The notes: a model not told the origin generated them from the letters alone. A DNA stretch of 64,000 nt from Candidatus Alloclostridium intestinigallinarum (GCA_904393845.1 CAJFNB010000001.1:16341-80340); one strand, 5' to 3'; shown: positions 9,490 through 19,584, numbered from the stretch's first letter. Made by a program: numbers and translations.

Positions 9490-10749
9490 TTACTTACTCT
9501 TTTTGCGGGCGTTTTTCTTGCGCAGGACAACTCCCTCTACCTTGCGCCCTTCCGTTTCGTATTTTTCTTCCAGAGCTATCAGCTTTTTGATGGAGTACCC
9601 CTCGTCCACCACCAGCGCCGTGTCGCCGGCAAACGCCGAAAGCAATTCGCTCCTCACGTCCGCGCCGGAATATCCGCTCACTATTACTCTGGAATATTTC
9701 TCTTTCAGTTTGCCGAAAAGTGCGGCTATCTGTTCGCGCTTTCCGTATATGTCAAGACCCGCTCCGGCGCCGAGTTTCCCGTCTTTTACGACGTTTTCGG
9801 CATCTTCGCCTTCTAAAATACGGGCTATTCCCTCTCCGCTTTCATCGTCGAAATCCACGTAAAGCGCGTCACGGGACTGCTTTTCGCGCTCCGCCCACGC
9901 GCCGGCAATATCCGCCGCGCTCTTCGTCACGCCCATCACGTAGGTGACTCCGTCGTTGCCGCCCCTGACCATGGCGCTCTTTATAACGGCTTCGCCCATA
10001 TTGTTCTCACCCTCGTAAACCGTGGCGAGTACCGGGTATTTCGTCTGCATGGTTATGTCGCTTTCATACGTCACGCGCATGAATACCGCGCTCCAGATGA
10101 GCAGAACCACCACCGCAACCACAAAGCCGATGACCAATCCTTCCACCACGGAGATGATAACGGACAGCGCCCCGCCGTTATCGACGGCATACATTGCGTT
10201 CAGGTCTTCTTCCGCGTTCTTGTAAGTCAGCTGTACGGAAAATCCCTCCGTTTCTCCGCTGCCTATCGCCGCCATAACCTGCTGTTCGATGTTGTCGAGC
10301 ATAAATACGGCGTCCCTTGCGCTTTCGGCGCTCACGGTCACGGTAAGCGTGGTATTGCTGTTTCCGAGTTCGAGTTTGATGCCGGACTTCAGTCCGTCCA
10401 TCTTATACGTCCCGTCCGTATTTTCAAGCGCGTTATATACGTTGATGTATACGGTATTGTTCAGCGTATCCACCGCCCTTGCGACAGCCCGCTGCTGTTC
10501 GGCAAGTTTCAGGTTGAGAATTTCGCCCGCATTCGTATCGCCGCTTCCGTCCGTCGGATAGTCAATTTCGGGATACGTAATGGAAAAACCTTCCTTCGCC
10601 TCGTATGTCACGGCGGCGGATCCCGTTATGGAAACAACGCAGAATATAACCGCCACCAGCAATGTGATAACGATAAGCGCCTGCCATTTTCTGAGCACCT
10701 CGACCGCAAGTTTCTTTGCGTCGTACCTCACGCCCTTTTCTTCTTCCAT
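9490..10749 (-). CDS. Wzz/CpsC-like chain-length determinant fused to a degenerate CpsD-like domain
   Basis: Two TM helices flank a periplasmic-type segment. The C-terminal domain is positioned like a BY-kinase, but the Walker A is not recognisable (VMGVTKSAAD). Confidence 0.55.
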   Translation of the reverse strand: MEEEKGVRYDAKKLAVEVLRKWQALIVITLLVAVIFCVVSITGSAAVTYEAKEGFSITYPEIDYPTDGSGDTNAGEILNLKLAEQQRAVARAVDTLNNTVYINVYNALENTDGTYKMDGLKSGIKLELGNSNTTLTVTVSAESARDAVFMLDNIEQQVMAAIGSGETEGFSVQLTYKNAEEDLNAMYAVDNGGALSVIISVVEGLVIGFVVAVVVLLIWSAVFMRVTYESDITMQTKYPVLATVYEGENNMGEAVIKSAMVRGGNDGVTYVMGVTKSAADIAGAWAEREKQSRDALYVDFDDESGEGIARILEGEDAENVVKDGKLGAGAGLDIYGKREQIAALFGKLKEKYSRVIVSGYSGADVRSELLSAFAGDTALVVDEGYSIKKLIALEEKYETEGRKVEGVVLRKKNARKKSK

Positions 10750-12158
10750 ACCTCTCTCCTTCCTGCAAGCAATTGCTTTACTGTCGCTCCGACCGGTATA
10801 TCCCCGGCGTTATGCGCCATTTCCAACTCGAACAGCGCCAACAGCATATATATCACGGTCATGCACGGCAGACCGGTGAATGTGCTCGTATTTATAAGCG
10901 AATATCCTTCAAAGCCTATCATGGCTATAAAGAAGAATATCTTTACGCGCGTGGCGCGGGCAAATACCGTATAATAGCGCATGACGTACACATACGCCAT
11001 CGCAAGCACCCCGACAAGCCCCATACTGCCCAGCGTCTGGAACAGGGTGGAGTGCAGTTGGTAAAACCCCGATTCCGTATGCAGGCGCGTAACGTACCCC
11101 ACATAACCGAAGCCCGCTCCGAACATGGGATTTTCAAAAAATCTGTCCAGAGCCTCTATATAAAGGTAATCCCTGCCCGAAGACTGCAACTTGTCCTCAA
11201 ACGTATTGCCGAGTATGAGCGTGAGCCTTTCCCAATAGAAGGTCAGCACCAGCGCCAACGCCGCCAGGGCGACCGCCAGCACCGCCCAGTACAGCGGATT
11301 TTTCCTGTTATATACTGTAACCGCTATAAGTCCGGCGGCGATTACGACTATTGTAAATATCAGCGCTCCCCGGGAGTGCGCGTACATCACACACGCGAAC
11401 TGTATGCCGGTAAGAAACGCGTACGGCACGACCAACTTCCACGATTTGCCCATAAAATAGAAGTTGAACGCCATGCACATCATCAGCACGGTGGGGTACA
11501 CGTTGCTGTTGCCCCAGCCGAGTCTGGGCACGTATCCGTTGGAGGCAATATCTATGCCGTCGGCATACGCTCCGCCTATCACCGTAACCGCCTGCGCTGC
11601 GGTGAGCATGCCCCATATCGCCATTACCGCGGCGGCATAATCGCCCAGCCTGCATTTGGCCTCTCCGTACAGTTTCACGAAGAAATATACTCCGAGAGGC
11701 GCCACGCCGACATAAAGCACGTTGATAAAAGCTGTCATGCCGTCCTGTGCCGCGGGCGAGAACAGTCCGCCCAACGCCATCGCGACCACAAGCAACGCCA
11801 TGGCAAGCAGATTTGACTTCGGCGACACGACCTTATTGCGCCTGTAACACGCAATATGTATCGCAAGCCCCGCAACGACGGGCAGTACCGCCAGGGCGTA
11901 CTGCCAAAGCTCTCCCGGCATTTTATCCACGTGCACGACGCAGGGCGCCATGGTCACGAAGGGGACCATAGGCACCATATCGCGCACCAGGGCGAGCACC
12001 AGGCCGCCTGTCACGCCCAATACGGCGATGGCTGCAAGCAGATTTTCGCTATACCACAGCACGTACGCCACTACGGCGATAAACGCTATATACAGTTTGG
12101 AGTGCACGAAGTCGTCAAAGCCTTCCCTTGCCCTCCTTGCCGCACGGGCGAGCGTCAT
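10728..12158 (-). CDS. O-antigen ligase/polymerase family membrane protein
   Basis: Polytopic membrane protein with a Wzy_C-like loop (HSRGALIF... FGAGFGY). Start set to ATG 12156-12158 (MTLARAARR), just after the galE stop, rather than the track start at 12218. Confidence 0.65.
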   Translation of the reverse strand: MTLARAARRAREGFDDFVHSKLYIAFIAVVAYVLWYSENLLAAIAVLGVTGGLVLALVRDMVPMVPFVTMAPCVVHVDKMPGELWQYALAVLPVVAGLAIHIACYRRNKVVSPKSNLLAMALLVVAMALGGLFSPAAQDGMTAFINVLYVGVAPLGVYFFVKLYGEAKCRLGDYAAAVMAIWGMLTAAQAVTVIGGAYADGIDIASNGYVPRLGWGNSNVYPTVLMMCMAFNFYFMGKSWKLVVPYAFLTGIQFACVMYAHSRGALIFTIVVIAAGLIAVTVYNRKNPLYWAVLAVALAALALVLTFYWERLTLILGNTFEDKLQSSGRDYLYIEALDRFFENPMFGAGFGYVGYVTRLHTESGFYQLHSTLFQTLGSMGLVGVLAMAYVYVMRYYTVFARATRVKIFFFIAMIGFEGYSLINTSTFTGLPCMTVIYMLLALFELEMAHNAGDIPVGATVKQLLAGRREVWKKKRA

Positions 12159-12163
12159 TTTAT

Positions 12164-13177
12164 TTACTCTCCGTATCCGTCCGGATTCATGCTCTGCCAG
12201 CGCCAGCTGTCCTCGCACATATCCTCAAGCCCGTACTTGCATTTGAATCCCATTTCTTTTTCCGCCAAAGACGAATCGGCATAGCATTCCGCTATGTCGC
12301 CCGCCCTTCTGGGCGCGATTACGTAGGGAATCTTCCTGCCACTTGCCTTTTCAAACGCCTTGACTATGTCCAGCACGCTGTATCCGTGTCCCGTACCCAG
12401 ATTGTAGGTGACGAGCCCGGGCTTTTCTTCCAGCTTCTTAACGGCAAGCGAGTGCGCGTGCGCCAGGTCGAGAACGTGGATATAATCCCTTACGCCCGTT
12501 CCGTCGTGGGTGGGATAGTCGTCGCCGAACACGCTGAGCTGTTTCAGTTTGCCTATTGCCACCTGCGTGATATAGGGCATGAGGTTGTTGGGAATGCCGT
12601 GCGGATCTTCGCCTATCATGCCGCTCTTATGCGCGCCAATAGGGTTGAAATAACGCAAAAGCGCGATATTCAGACTGCTGTCCGCCTTAAAAATATAGCG
12701 GAGCATATCCTCTATCATCAGTTTGGTGTGGCCGTAAGGATTGGTGACCGACAGAGGAAAGTCTTCTTTTATCGGCACGCTCTTGGGCTGTCCGTATACG
12801 GTGGCGGAGGAAGAGAACACGAAGTTCTTGCAGCCGAATTCCCTCATCACTTTGAGCAGATTCAAAGTGTTGGTGAGGTTGTTGATATAATATTCCAGCG
12901 GCTTGGCGCACGATTCGCCCACCGCTTTAAGTCCCGCAAAATGTATGACGCAGTCTATCTTTTCCTTTTTGAAGATGTCGCGCACCTTGTCTATGTCGCA
13001 CAGGTCGTATTCGTAGAACTTCACGTCCTTGCCGCACAGCTTACGCACGCGCTTTACCGCCTCGATTTTACTGTTGCACAGATTGTCCGCTATGATGGGA
13101 TCGTAACCGTTTTCCACCAGGTCGATTACGGTATGACTGCCGATGTATCCGGCTCCGCCTGTAACCAAAACGCTCAT
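12164..13177 (-). CDS. galE: UDP-glucose 4-epimerase
   Basis: MSVLVTGGAGYIGSH, SSSATVYG, PYGHTKLMIE (YxxxK). Confidence 0.95.
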   Translation of the reverse strand: MSVLVTGGAGYIGSHTVIDLVENGYDPIIADNLCNSKIEAVKRVRKLCGKDVKFYEYDLCDIDKVRDIFKKEKIDCVIHFAGLKAVGESCAKPLEYYINNLTNTLNLLKVMREFGCKNFVFSSSATVYGQPKSVPIKEDFPLSVTNPYGHTKLMIEDMLRYIFKADSSLNIALLRYFNPIGAHKSGMIGEDPHGIPNNLMPYITQVAIGKLKQLSVFGDDYPTHDGTGVRDYIHVLDLAHAHSLAVKKLEEKPGLVTYNLGTGHGYSVLDIVKAFEKASGRKIPYVIAPRRAGDIAECYADSSLAEKEMGFKCKYGLEDMCEDSWRWQSMNPDGYGE

Positions 13178-13201
13178 TTTGCCGCCTCCTTCTTTTATAT
13201 A

Positions 13202-14314
13202 TTATCTCTTTTGATGCAGCCCGGCATACACCTTCTGCACCGTTTCATGCATGAACGGAAGATTTTCTTCCAACTCCTCCACCAGCCTGAACTGCGCGCG
13301 GCACCTGACCAGATTGTGCTCGGGATACGCGATTTTGAAATACACGTCCCCTTCCAGATAATCGGTGAGGAACCGCATTCCGCATTCGAACGTCATAAGT
13401 ATCGCCCCTACGGGGAGAAGTTCGCGTTCTTTATCCGTTATACTGTCGCCCAGCCCGCGCATGAATCCGCGGGTAAACGCGACGAAATTTTCCTTGTCGA
13501 AATGTACCTTGTCCAAATCCGGCTCGTCTTCTTTCGCCGTGGAACAGCCCACCCTTATCGCGTCGCCGAAGTCGTAAAGCAGACTTCCGGGCATGACCGT
13601 ATCCAGGTCTATCACGCAGACGGCTTTTTTGGTCGCCACGTCGATGAGCACGTTGTTGAGTTTGGTATCGTTATGGGTGACGCGCAGCGGAATTTCGCCC
13701 TTTGCAAGGGCGCCGGTTATTATACCCATCTTGTCTTTACGCGCACGCGCAAAGTCTATAAGGTCGGAAACGCCCGCCGCTCTGCCCTTTTTATCTTCGG
13801 CAACGGCTTTTTCCAGGTTTTCGTACCTCTTGACCGTGTTGTGAAAATCGGGAATCACTTCGATAAGCGTGGAAGCGTCAAACCCTTCCAGCCTCTTGAT
13901 GAAAAGGCCGAACGCCCTGCCCGCGTCTTCGAACATATCCCTGTTCTCCGCTATAAGATAGGCGTCCGTATTTTCGATAAGCTGGGTCATTCTCCACACT
14001 TCGCCCTGCTTATCCACATAATATGCCGCGCCGTTCACGGTGGGAATTATGCGCAGACATTCTCTGTCGGCGTCCCCTCCGTCTTTTTTCACGATTGAAC
14101 GCAAATAAGCGCTTACCGCCGCGAAATTGTTCATCAGCGCGGTGGGATGGGGAAATACGCGGGAATTCAGCCTCTGCAAAATATACCTGCGCACGCCGCC
14201 CTCGCTTGCGCAAGTGACGGCGTATGTATCGTTGATGTGTCCGTTTCCGAACGGTTTCACATCAAGGCAATTCCCCAAAGTGGAGAATTGCCCTGCAATG
14301 TCAAATAAATTCAT
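13202..14314 (-). CDS. nahK: N-acetylhexosamine 1-kinase (NahK/LnpB-like, APH fold)
   Basis: FGNGHINDTY, RVTHNDTKLNNVL, IDLDTVMPGSLLYDFGD, ECGMRFLTDYLEGDVYF. Closely parallels Bifidobacterium NahK as I recall it. Confidence 0.8.
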   Translation of the reverse strand: MNLFDIAGQFSTLGNCLDVKPFGNGHINDTYAVTCASEGGVRRYILQRLNSRVFPHPTALMNNFAAVSAYLRSIVKKDGGDADRECLRIIPTVNGAAYYVDKQGEVWRMTQLIENTDAYLIAENRDMFEDAGRAFGLFIKRLEGFDASTLIEVIPDFHNTVKRYENLEKAVAEDKKGRAAGVSDLIDFARARKDKMGIITGALAKGEIPLRVTHNDTKLNNVLIDVATKKAVCVIDLDTVMPGSLLYDFGDAIRVGCSTAKEDEPDLDKVHFDKENFVAFTRGFMRGLGDSITDKERELLPVGAILMTFECGMRFLTDYLEGDVYFKIAYPEHNLVRCRAQFRLVEELEENLPFMHETVQKVYAGLHQKR

Positions 14315-14362
14315 TTACTACCTTTTTCGGAAGAATACTCTTCCTTGCATTGAATTTGTGTC

Positions 14363-15976
14363 TTAGTTCTTGTTTTCTTCGTCAGCGCCGTCGCCTTCGG
14401 AAACGCCGGCGTCTTCAGCGGGACCTTCGGCCGCAGCTTTCTTGTTCTTCTTCTTGCCGATAACGCCCTTCTTGGCGAGCACTACCAGGGTAACGATAAG
14501 AACGATAAGCACCGCAGCGCCTACGCCTACGCCCACGCCTATTCTTTCGAACAAACCGAGTCCGCCGGCTGCAAACGCATACATTGCATTACTTCCGGAA
14601 ATGTCAACTACGGAACCGGCATAAGCATACTCCTGTATCTGGCTGTTGGTTGCGGATCCGTACGCCTTGGAACTTCCGTTAAGCACGTCTATCTGCATAG
14701 ACTTGTCACCAGCGGCACCTTCAACACTTTCAACGGAATATTGCTTGATGACGCGGCGGATAACGCCGGTATCCCAGATTTCGTACGTCAGGGTAAGATC
14801 TTTACTGAACAGAGAGTCAACTGCGGAGAAACCTACGAAGTCGACAATGCCGCCCTGCAAAGACCCGAATTCGCCGGAAGTGATAAGATCCCAGCTGTAA
14901 TTCTCCGTTTCCTGCAGCTTGACGTCAAGCACATAGAGCGTATGTCCGTCCACGGTCTGGGTGCTAACGCTACTGTTTACTTTATCGAAAGTTTCTTCGT
15001 TTACCAGGTAGTTGGAGATGCCGTCGCCGCGGCTGGGCAGAGCGGTATACCACCTGTCACGATCAAATCCGACATAACGACCATCGATGTTACCTTCCTG
15101 GTCATCCCATACCAGCCACGTATCATAGCCCCAGTTTCCGTCGGAACCCATGAACTGGACCTTGATAACTCTGTTACCGACTTCGTCCCAGTTGGATGCA
15201 TTCTTTCCGTTCGAGTTGGGCGTAGCATATTCGCCGAGTTCGCTGGCGCTCCCGGCATATACTCTGTAAGTATCGGCGGTTACATTCTCGGTTACACGTT
15301 TATTGTAATCAAAGTCGGACGTATCGTAGGTGACGCCGCCTTCACTGACCTTAACATCTCCTATCCAGTTTGCGGAAACGCCCGCAGGTGCGGTTTCGTC
15401 AAATTTACGGGAAGCCTTATCGCCCTCCTGCCAATAATTAACGCCGTCGATAGTCGCGCTCTTTTCCCATACACCGAACATAGAAGCGATGGAATTAAGT
15501 CCGGGCAAAAGCCTGTCCATCTGACTGACGGTCTGGGAATACGAATTGCCTTTTCCGTCGTTTGCAGTCATCCAGCTTGCATATTGAGTTATCGGATCTC
15601 CAACGGTAGACGTTCCCTGGCCGATAACTATAAGCGCTTCCGTAAGGGTAATCTCGATTTGGGATACGGTATTGGTAACCTGCGCATAACCGCTTACCTT
15701 ACCCTGGTTTTCACGCATGGTCTGATAGAGCAGCCAGGGATCGGAAGCAATATTGTCTTTAATGGGCGTAAGGGTTTCCCCTTCCTCCAGAATCATATCG
15801 GAAGCAGCGGTATAGCCGCTGAAGCCGGGCGATGTAACACTTGCTTTGGGATAAGGATACTCCATATCGTCCCAAGCAGATCCTTCCGCAACGGCGGTAA
15901 AGCCGCAAGCGGAGAATGCGATGACGCTGACAAGCGCAACGGCTATGATAAGCGTCAACGTAAACTTTTTGTTCAT
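14363..15976 (-). CDS. surface-anchored hypothetical protein
   Basis: N-terminal signal/lipobox (FSAC); C-terminal TM helix followed by a K-rich then acidic tail. No recognisable catalytic motif. Confidence 0.55.
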   Translation of the reverse strand: MNKKFTLTLIIAVALVSVIAFSACGFTAVAEGSAWDDMEYPYPKASVTSPGFSGYTAASDMILEEGETLTPIKDNIASDPWLLYQTMRENQGKVSGYAQVTNTVSQIEITLTEALIVIGQGTSTVGDPITQYASWMTANDGKGNSYSQTVSQMDRLLPGLNSIASMFGVWEKSATIDGVNYWQEGDKASRKFDETAPAGVSANWIGDVKVSEGGVTYDTSDFDYNKRVTENVTADTYRVYAGSASELGEYATPNSNGKNASNWDEVGNRVIKVQFMGSDGNWGYDTWLVWDDQEGNIDGRYVGFDRDRWYTALPSRGDGISNYLVNEETFDKVNSSVSTQTVDGHTLYVLDVKLQETENYSWDLITSGEFGSLQGGIVDFVGFSAVDSLFSKDLTLTYEIWDTGVIRRVIKQYSVESVEGAAGDKSMQIDVLNGSSKAYGSATNSQIQEYAYAGSVVDISGSNAMYAFAAGGLGLFERIGVGVGVGAAVLIVLIVTLVVLAKKGVIGKKKNKKAAAEGPAEDAGVSEGDGADEENKN

Positions 15977-16218
15977 AATCCACCTCTTAATTTTCTTTTA
16001 CGTCCTGTCGGCCGCATACTAATTTTACTATATTCCGCGCGTATTGTAAAGCATTAATTATTAAAATCTGCCTCATCCGGCTTTTTTATTGCAGACATTA
16101 TATACTGCAGGTTATAAAAACGACGCAAAATCGTCTTTATTTGTCAAAAACTTGTAAAGTGGGAAAGGAAAATTCCCTCCTCCGCGGCGCTAAACGGCCG
16201 CGCGGAGAGCGTAAAGCC

Positions 16219-16247
16219 TTGCAATTATATTCGTTTGGATATATAAT
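16219..16247 (+). promoter_or_regulatory. sigma-70-type promoter of the GH20-nagA operon
   Basis: TTGCAA (16219-16224), 17 nt spacer, TATAAT (16242-16247), 45 nt upstream of ATG 16292. Confidence 0.55.
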
Positions 16248-16291
16248 AGTGGCAGATACTATCGTTAATAAGGAAGATAAATAGGAAAGAT

Positions 16292-17866
16292 ATGTTGAAC
16301 GTAATACCTTATCCGAATAAAGTACGTCTGCACGAAGGCGGGCTGGAGATGAAAGGCACGGTAACCGTGCGCTGTCCGGAAAAATACTCCTCCATTGCGG
16401 AAAAGTTTACGGCGGATCTGCATAAAAGTCTGCCCTCGCTGCACGTTGAGGACGAAGGCGATATAATCATAGACTTCAATCCGGTCACGGATTACGGACA
16501 GGAAGAGTACTCGATTGAGATAAGCGGCAAGGGAATAGACATCCGCGCTTCCAAAGCTTCCGGATTCATTTATGCATGCCAAACGCTTTATCAGATGCTG
16601 GAGCTGCACAAATTCCATGCGGCTGGGGCCGGACTGCCCTACTGCTATATTGCGGACAAGCCGCGTTTCCGCTGGCGCGGACTTATGCTGGACGAATCGC
16701 GCCACTTTTTCGGCAAAGAAGAAGTGCTGAGGCTTTTGGAGATAATGGCAATGCACAAGCTGAACGCGCTGTGCTGGCATCTTGCGGACGACCAGGGCTG
16801 GAGGATAGAGAGCAAGCGCTATCCCCTGCTCCACGAGATAGGTTCGCGCAGGTCGGACACGCAGGTGGGCGGAATACGTTCGGAAAAATTCTGCGGACAG
16901 GGCTACGAAGGCTTTTATACGCAGGAAGACGTAAAAGAAATAGTATCCAAAGCGCACGCCATGGGAATCCTTGTCATGCCGGAAATTTCCCTTCCCACGC
17001 ACGTGGGCGCAATGGCGGCGGCGTATCCGCAGATAACCTGCACGGACCGGAGTATGCCCGTCGCCACGTCTTTCGGCGACCGCGGCACTCTGCTTTGCGC
17101 AAGCGGCAGCGAAACGCGCGAATTCATAACGGGCGTTCTCGATGAAATATGCGAGCTGTTCCCCTCCCCGTACATATCGGTGCGGGCGGCGGATCTGCAC
17201 GCGGAAAAGTGGCTGAAATGCGACAGCTGCCGCAAGTATATGCAGGAACACTTCATGCACGATCCCAAACAGCTTCAGGCGGCGTTTCTGAACGACGTAT
17301 CGGAGCATCTGAAGAAAAGGGGCAGGCGTATGCTGTGCGAAAACGGCGCAATGGCGGACGGCATGAGCCGCGACATAATAGGCATTTATTCTTCAGCCGG
17401 GCGCGACAAAACGATTCCCGACCAGCTGCGCTGGGGAAGGAGCTATATCGTGTCCCGTCCGGAATATCTGAACTTCGACCTGCCGTACTGCTCCCTGCCC
17501 CTGCTCAGGACGTACGAATTCGACCCGGACAAGGAGCTGAAAGGCTGCCGCTACCTGCACGGCAAGGTTATGGGCATCCAGGCAAACCTGTGGACGGAAT
17601 GGATATACGACAGGGAAAAATTCGATATGTGCCTGTTTCCGCGCATGGCGGCGCTTGCAGAAGCGGCGTGGACGGAACCGGGGGAAAAGAACAGGCAGCG
17701 CTTTACCAGGCGGCTTGCCGCATACCGCGAACTTTTGGAAGGAAGCGGTATAAATTACGCAAAGGATAAGATATGTATGCCGCGCAACATCGTTTCGCGG
17801 TTGAGAAAACAATACTACTACAATCTGACCGATCAGTACATCGAAGTCCGGGAGAACAGAAAATGA
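16292..17866 (+). CDS. glycoside hydrolase family 20 (beta-N-acetylhexosaminidase-like)
   Basis: RFRWRGLMLDESRHFF and HLADDQGWR are typical of GH20. The expected HxGGDE catalytic motif is not recognisable (see findings). Confidence 0.8.
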   Translation: MLNVIPYPNKVRLHEGGLEMKGTVTVRCPEKYSSIAEKFTADLHKSLPSLHVEDEGDIIIDFNPVTDYGQEEYSIEISGKGIDIRASKASGFIYACQTLYQMLELHKFHAAGAGLPYCYIADKPRFRWRGLMLDESRHFFGKEEVLRLLEIMAMHKLNALCWHLADDQGWRIESKRYPLLHEIGSRRSDTQVGGIRSEKFCGQGYEGFYTQEDVKEIVSKAHAMGILVMPEISLPTHVGAMAAAYPQITCTDRSMPVATSFGDRGTLLCASGSETREFITGVLDEICELFPSPYISVRAADLHAEKWLKCDSCRKYMQEHFMHDPKQLQAAFLNDVSEHLKKRGRRMLCENGAMADGMSRDIIGIYSSAGRDKTIPDQLRWGRSYIVSRPEYLNFDLPYCSLPLLRTYEFDPDKELKGCRYLHGKVMGIQANLWTEWIYDREKFDMCLFPRMAALAEAAWTEPGEKNRQRFTRRLAAYRELLEGSGINYAKDKICMPRNIVSRLRKQYYYNLTDQYIEVRENRK

Positions 17867-18999
17867 AAAAGACGATAGTAAACGTACGCCCCTTTTCCGA
17901 GGGCAAAATCAAATCCAAATGCAGCATAGTCGTAGAGGACGGCAGAATAGTTTCCGTCGGCAACATGATTATGGGCGACGTCATAGACGGAGGCGGAATG
18001 ATAGCCTGCGCGGGATACATCGACATCCACACCCACGGCGGCTGGGGCAAGGACTGCATGGAACCCACGTACGAGGCCATAGATACCGTGGCGAAATACC
18101 ATCTGTCCACGGGCATTACCTCGTTCTGCCCCACGACCATGACCGCGGACATTGCGGACGTAGAAGCCGCGCTTGCCAATATGCGCTCGTACAAGACAAA
18201 CGGCGCGCGCCTTGCCGGAGCGCATCTGGAAGGTCCCTTCCTTTCTCCGAAAGCCGCGGGGGCGCACCCTTTGGACAAACTGCTTAATCCGGATAAAAAC
18301 AACACCGCGTTCATAACGCGCAACCGCGATATGGTCCGCCGAATAACCGTTGCCCCCGACCTTGCCGGAGCGCCCTTTGTAACCGCGCTGTGCTCAAGCC
18401 TGGGCATTCAGGTTTCCATAGGTCACGACGGCAGTATCGACGACGAAATATACGCCTGCATAGAAGCGGGCGCAAGCAGCGTCACCCATATGGGGAACTG
18501 CACTTCCCACGCTTCACGCCGCTACCCTTCGCCCAAAAAACACCTGGGGCTTTTCGAAACGGCGCTTGCGGATGACAGGCTGGTATGCGAAGTCATCGCA
18601 GACGACCGCCACGTCCCCGATCCCCTGTTCAAAATCTTCTACCGCCTCAAAGGCAAGGACGGAATATGCTTTGTTTCCGACTCTCTTTCCGTAGCCGGAA
18701 TGAAGGACGGCGACTACTTCCTGGGAAGCGGCGAGAGCGCGCAGGCGATACGCATAGAAGACGGCGTTGCCGTGCTCCCCGACAAGCACACCTACGCCGG
18801 CTCGGTCACGCCCGTATCCAGAATGGTTTCGCGCCTGTACGAACAGGGCTATCCCGCGGAAGACCTTCTGACGATGGCTACCCTTACCCCCGCAAAACTT
18901 ACGGGACTTACGGACAGAGGAGATATAAGACCCGGACTTCTGGCGGATATAAATCTTCTCGACGAGCGTCTGAACGTGGTAAAAACGCTGATGCTGTAA
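17863..18999 (+). CDS. nagA: N-acetylglucosamine-6-phosphate deacetylase
   Basis: DIHTHGGWG, GAHLEGPFLS, THMGN motifs. Start set at ATG 17863 (MKKTIVNV), which overlaps the GH20 stop as ATGA. Confidence 0.9.
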   Translation: MKKTIVNVRPFSEGKIKSKCSIVVEDGRIVSVGNMIMGDVIDGGGMIACAGYIDIHTHGGWGKDCMEPTYEAIDTVAKYHLSTGITSFCPTTMTADIADVEAALANMRSYKTNGARLAGAHLEGPFLSPKAAGAHPLDKLLNPDKNNTAFITRNRDMVRRITVAPDLAGAPFVTALCSSLGIQVSIGHDGSIDDEIYACIEAGASSVTHMGNCTSHASRRYPSPKKHLGLFETALADDRLVCEVIADDRHVPDPLFKIFYRLKGKDGICFVSDSLSVAGMKDGDYFLGSGESAQAIRIEDGVAVLPDKHTYAGSVTPVSRMVSRLYEQGYPAEDLLTMATLTPAKLTGLTDRGDIRPGLLADINLLDERLNVVKTLML

Positions 19000-19085
19000 T
19001 TAGGCGCCGAATGAAAGTGCCGTGCGATAAAGCATTAATCAAAGCGAAAAAACCATTCGCACGGCACTTTGCGCCTACGCTTTAA

Positions 19086-19142
19086 GGGGAAACCCGTTCA
19101 TTCGCAAGCATGCTTGCTTGAGAACAGGTTTCCCCTTCTTTT
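19086..19142 (+). terminator. long-hairpin rho-independent terminator after nagA
   Basis: GGGGAAACC (19086-19094) pairs with GGTTTCCCC (19127-19135). Inner palindrome GCAAGCATGCTTGC. Followed by TTCTTTTC. Confidence 0.7.
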
Positions 19143-19380
19143 CGCGCAAAGTATATTTAAGCAAACTTGTCTTTTGCGCGAAAATTCACCCTTTCCGATT
19201 AAAAACTTGCACGGCAAGTTTTAGCGGTTACGCTTGGCAAAATGCGATTTTGCCGCGCTTTATTTACAATATAAAGCATTGCGGAGATAATGTAATAAAT
19301 AATACTTTTGTTACTTCAAGGCTTAATCAGGGGTGGAGCGTCCTACGCTCCCGCTCGCAAAAGCGCGGTTTCCATAGGTA

Positions 19381-19420
19381 ACTCACTTGTAGTCATTTGT
19401 GGTCATCTATGGTCATTTAT
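19381..19420 (+). repeat. four tandem 10-bp phased repeats (arm-type-site-like)
   Basis: actcacttgt / agtcatttgt / ggtcatctat / ggtcatttat, head to tail. Confidence 0.8.
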
Positions 19421-19462
19421 AGCTAATATTTCAGCCGTTTTTAGTATATGTAAACCCCCCTT

Positions 19463-19525
19463 TGCCACTTACAATCACTTGCAGACATCTGTAATCATTT
19501 GTGCGGCGTGGACATTTCGTGGACA
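19463..19525 (+). repeat. second 10-bp phased repeat block plus CGTGGACA direct repeat
   Basis: ccacttacaa / tcacttgcag / acatctgtaa / tcatttgtgc (19463-19502), then CGTGGACA at 19507-19514 and 19518-19525 (11-bp spacing). Confidence 0.7.
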
Positions 19526-19584
19526 CTCGTTGACTAATATCGAGAGGGTGAGCGTTTGATTGCAAAACCATACAAAAAAATTTT

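Noticed and set aside
19300-19380. Possible tRNA or tmRNA integration target at the prophage junction (hairpins GGAGCG-tccta-CGCTCC and CGC...GCG).
   Set aside because: No cloverleaf, T-loop (GTTCRANNC) or acceptor/CCA arrangement could be drawn by hand. tRNAscan/ARAGORN would settle it.
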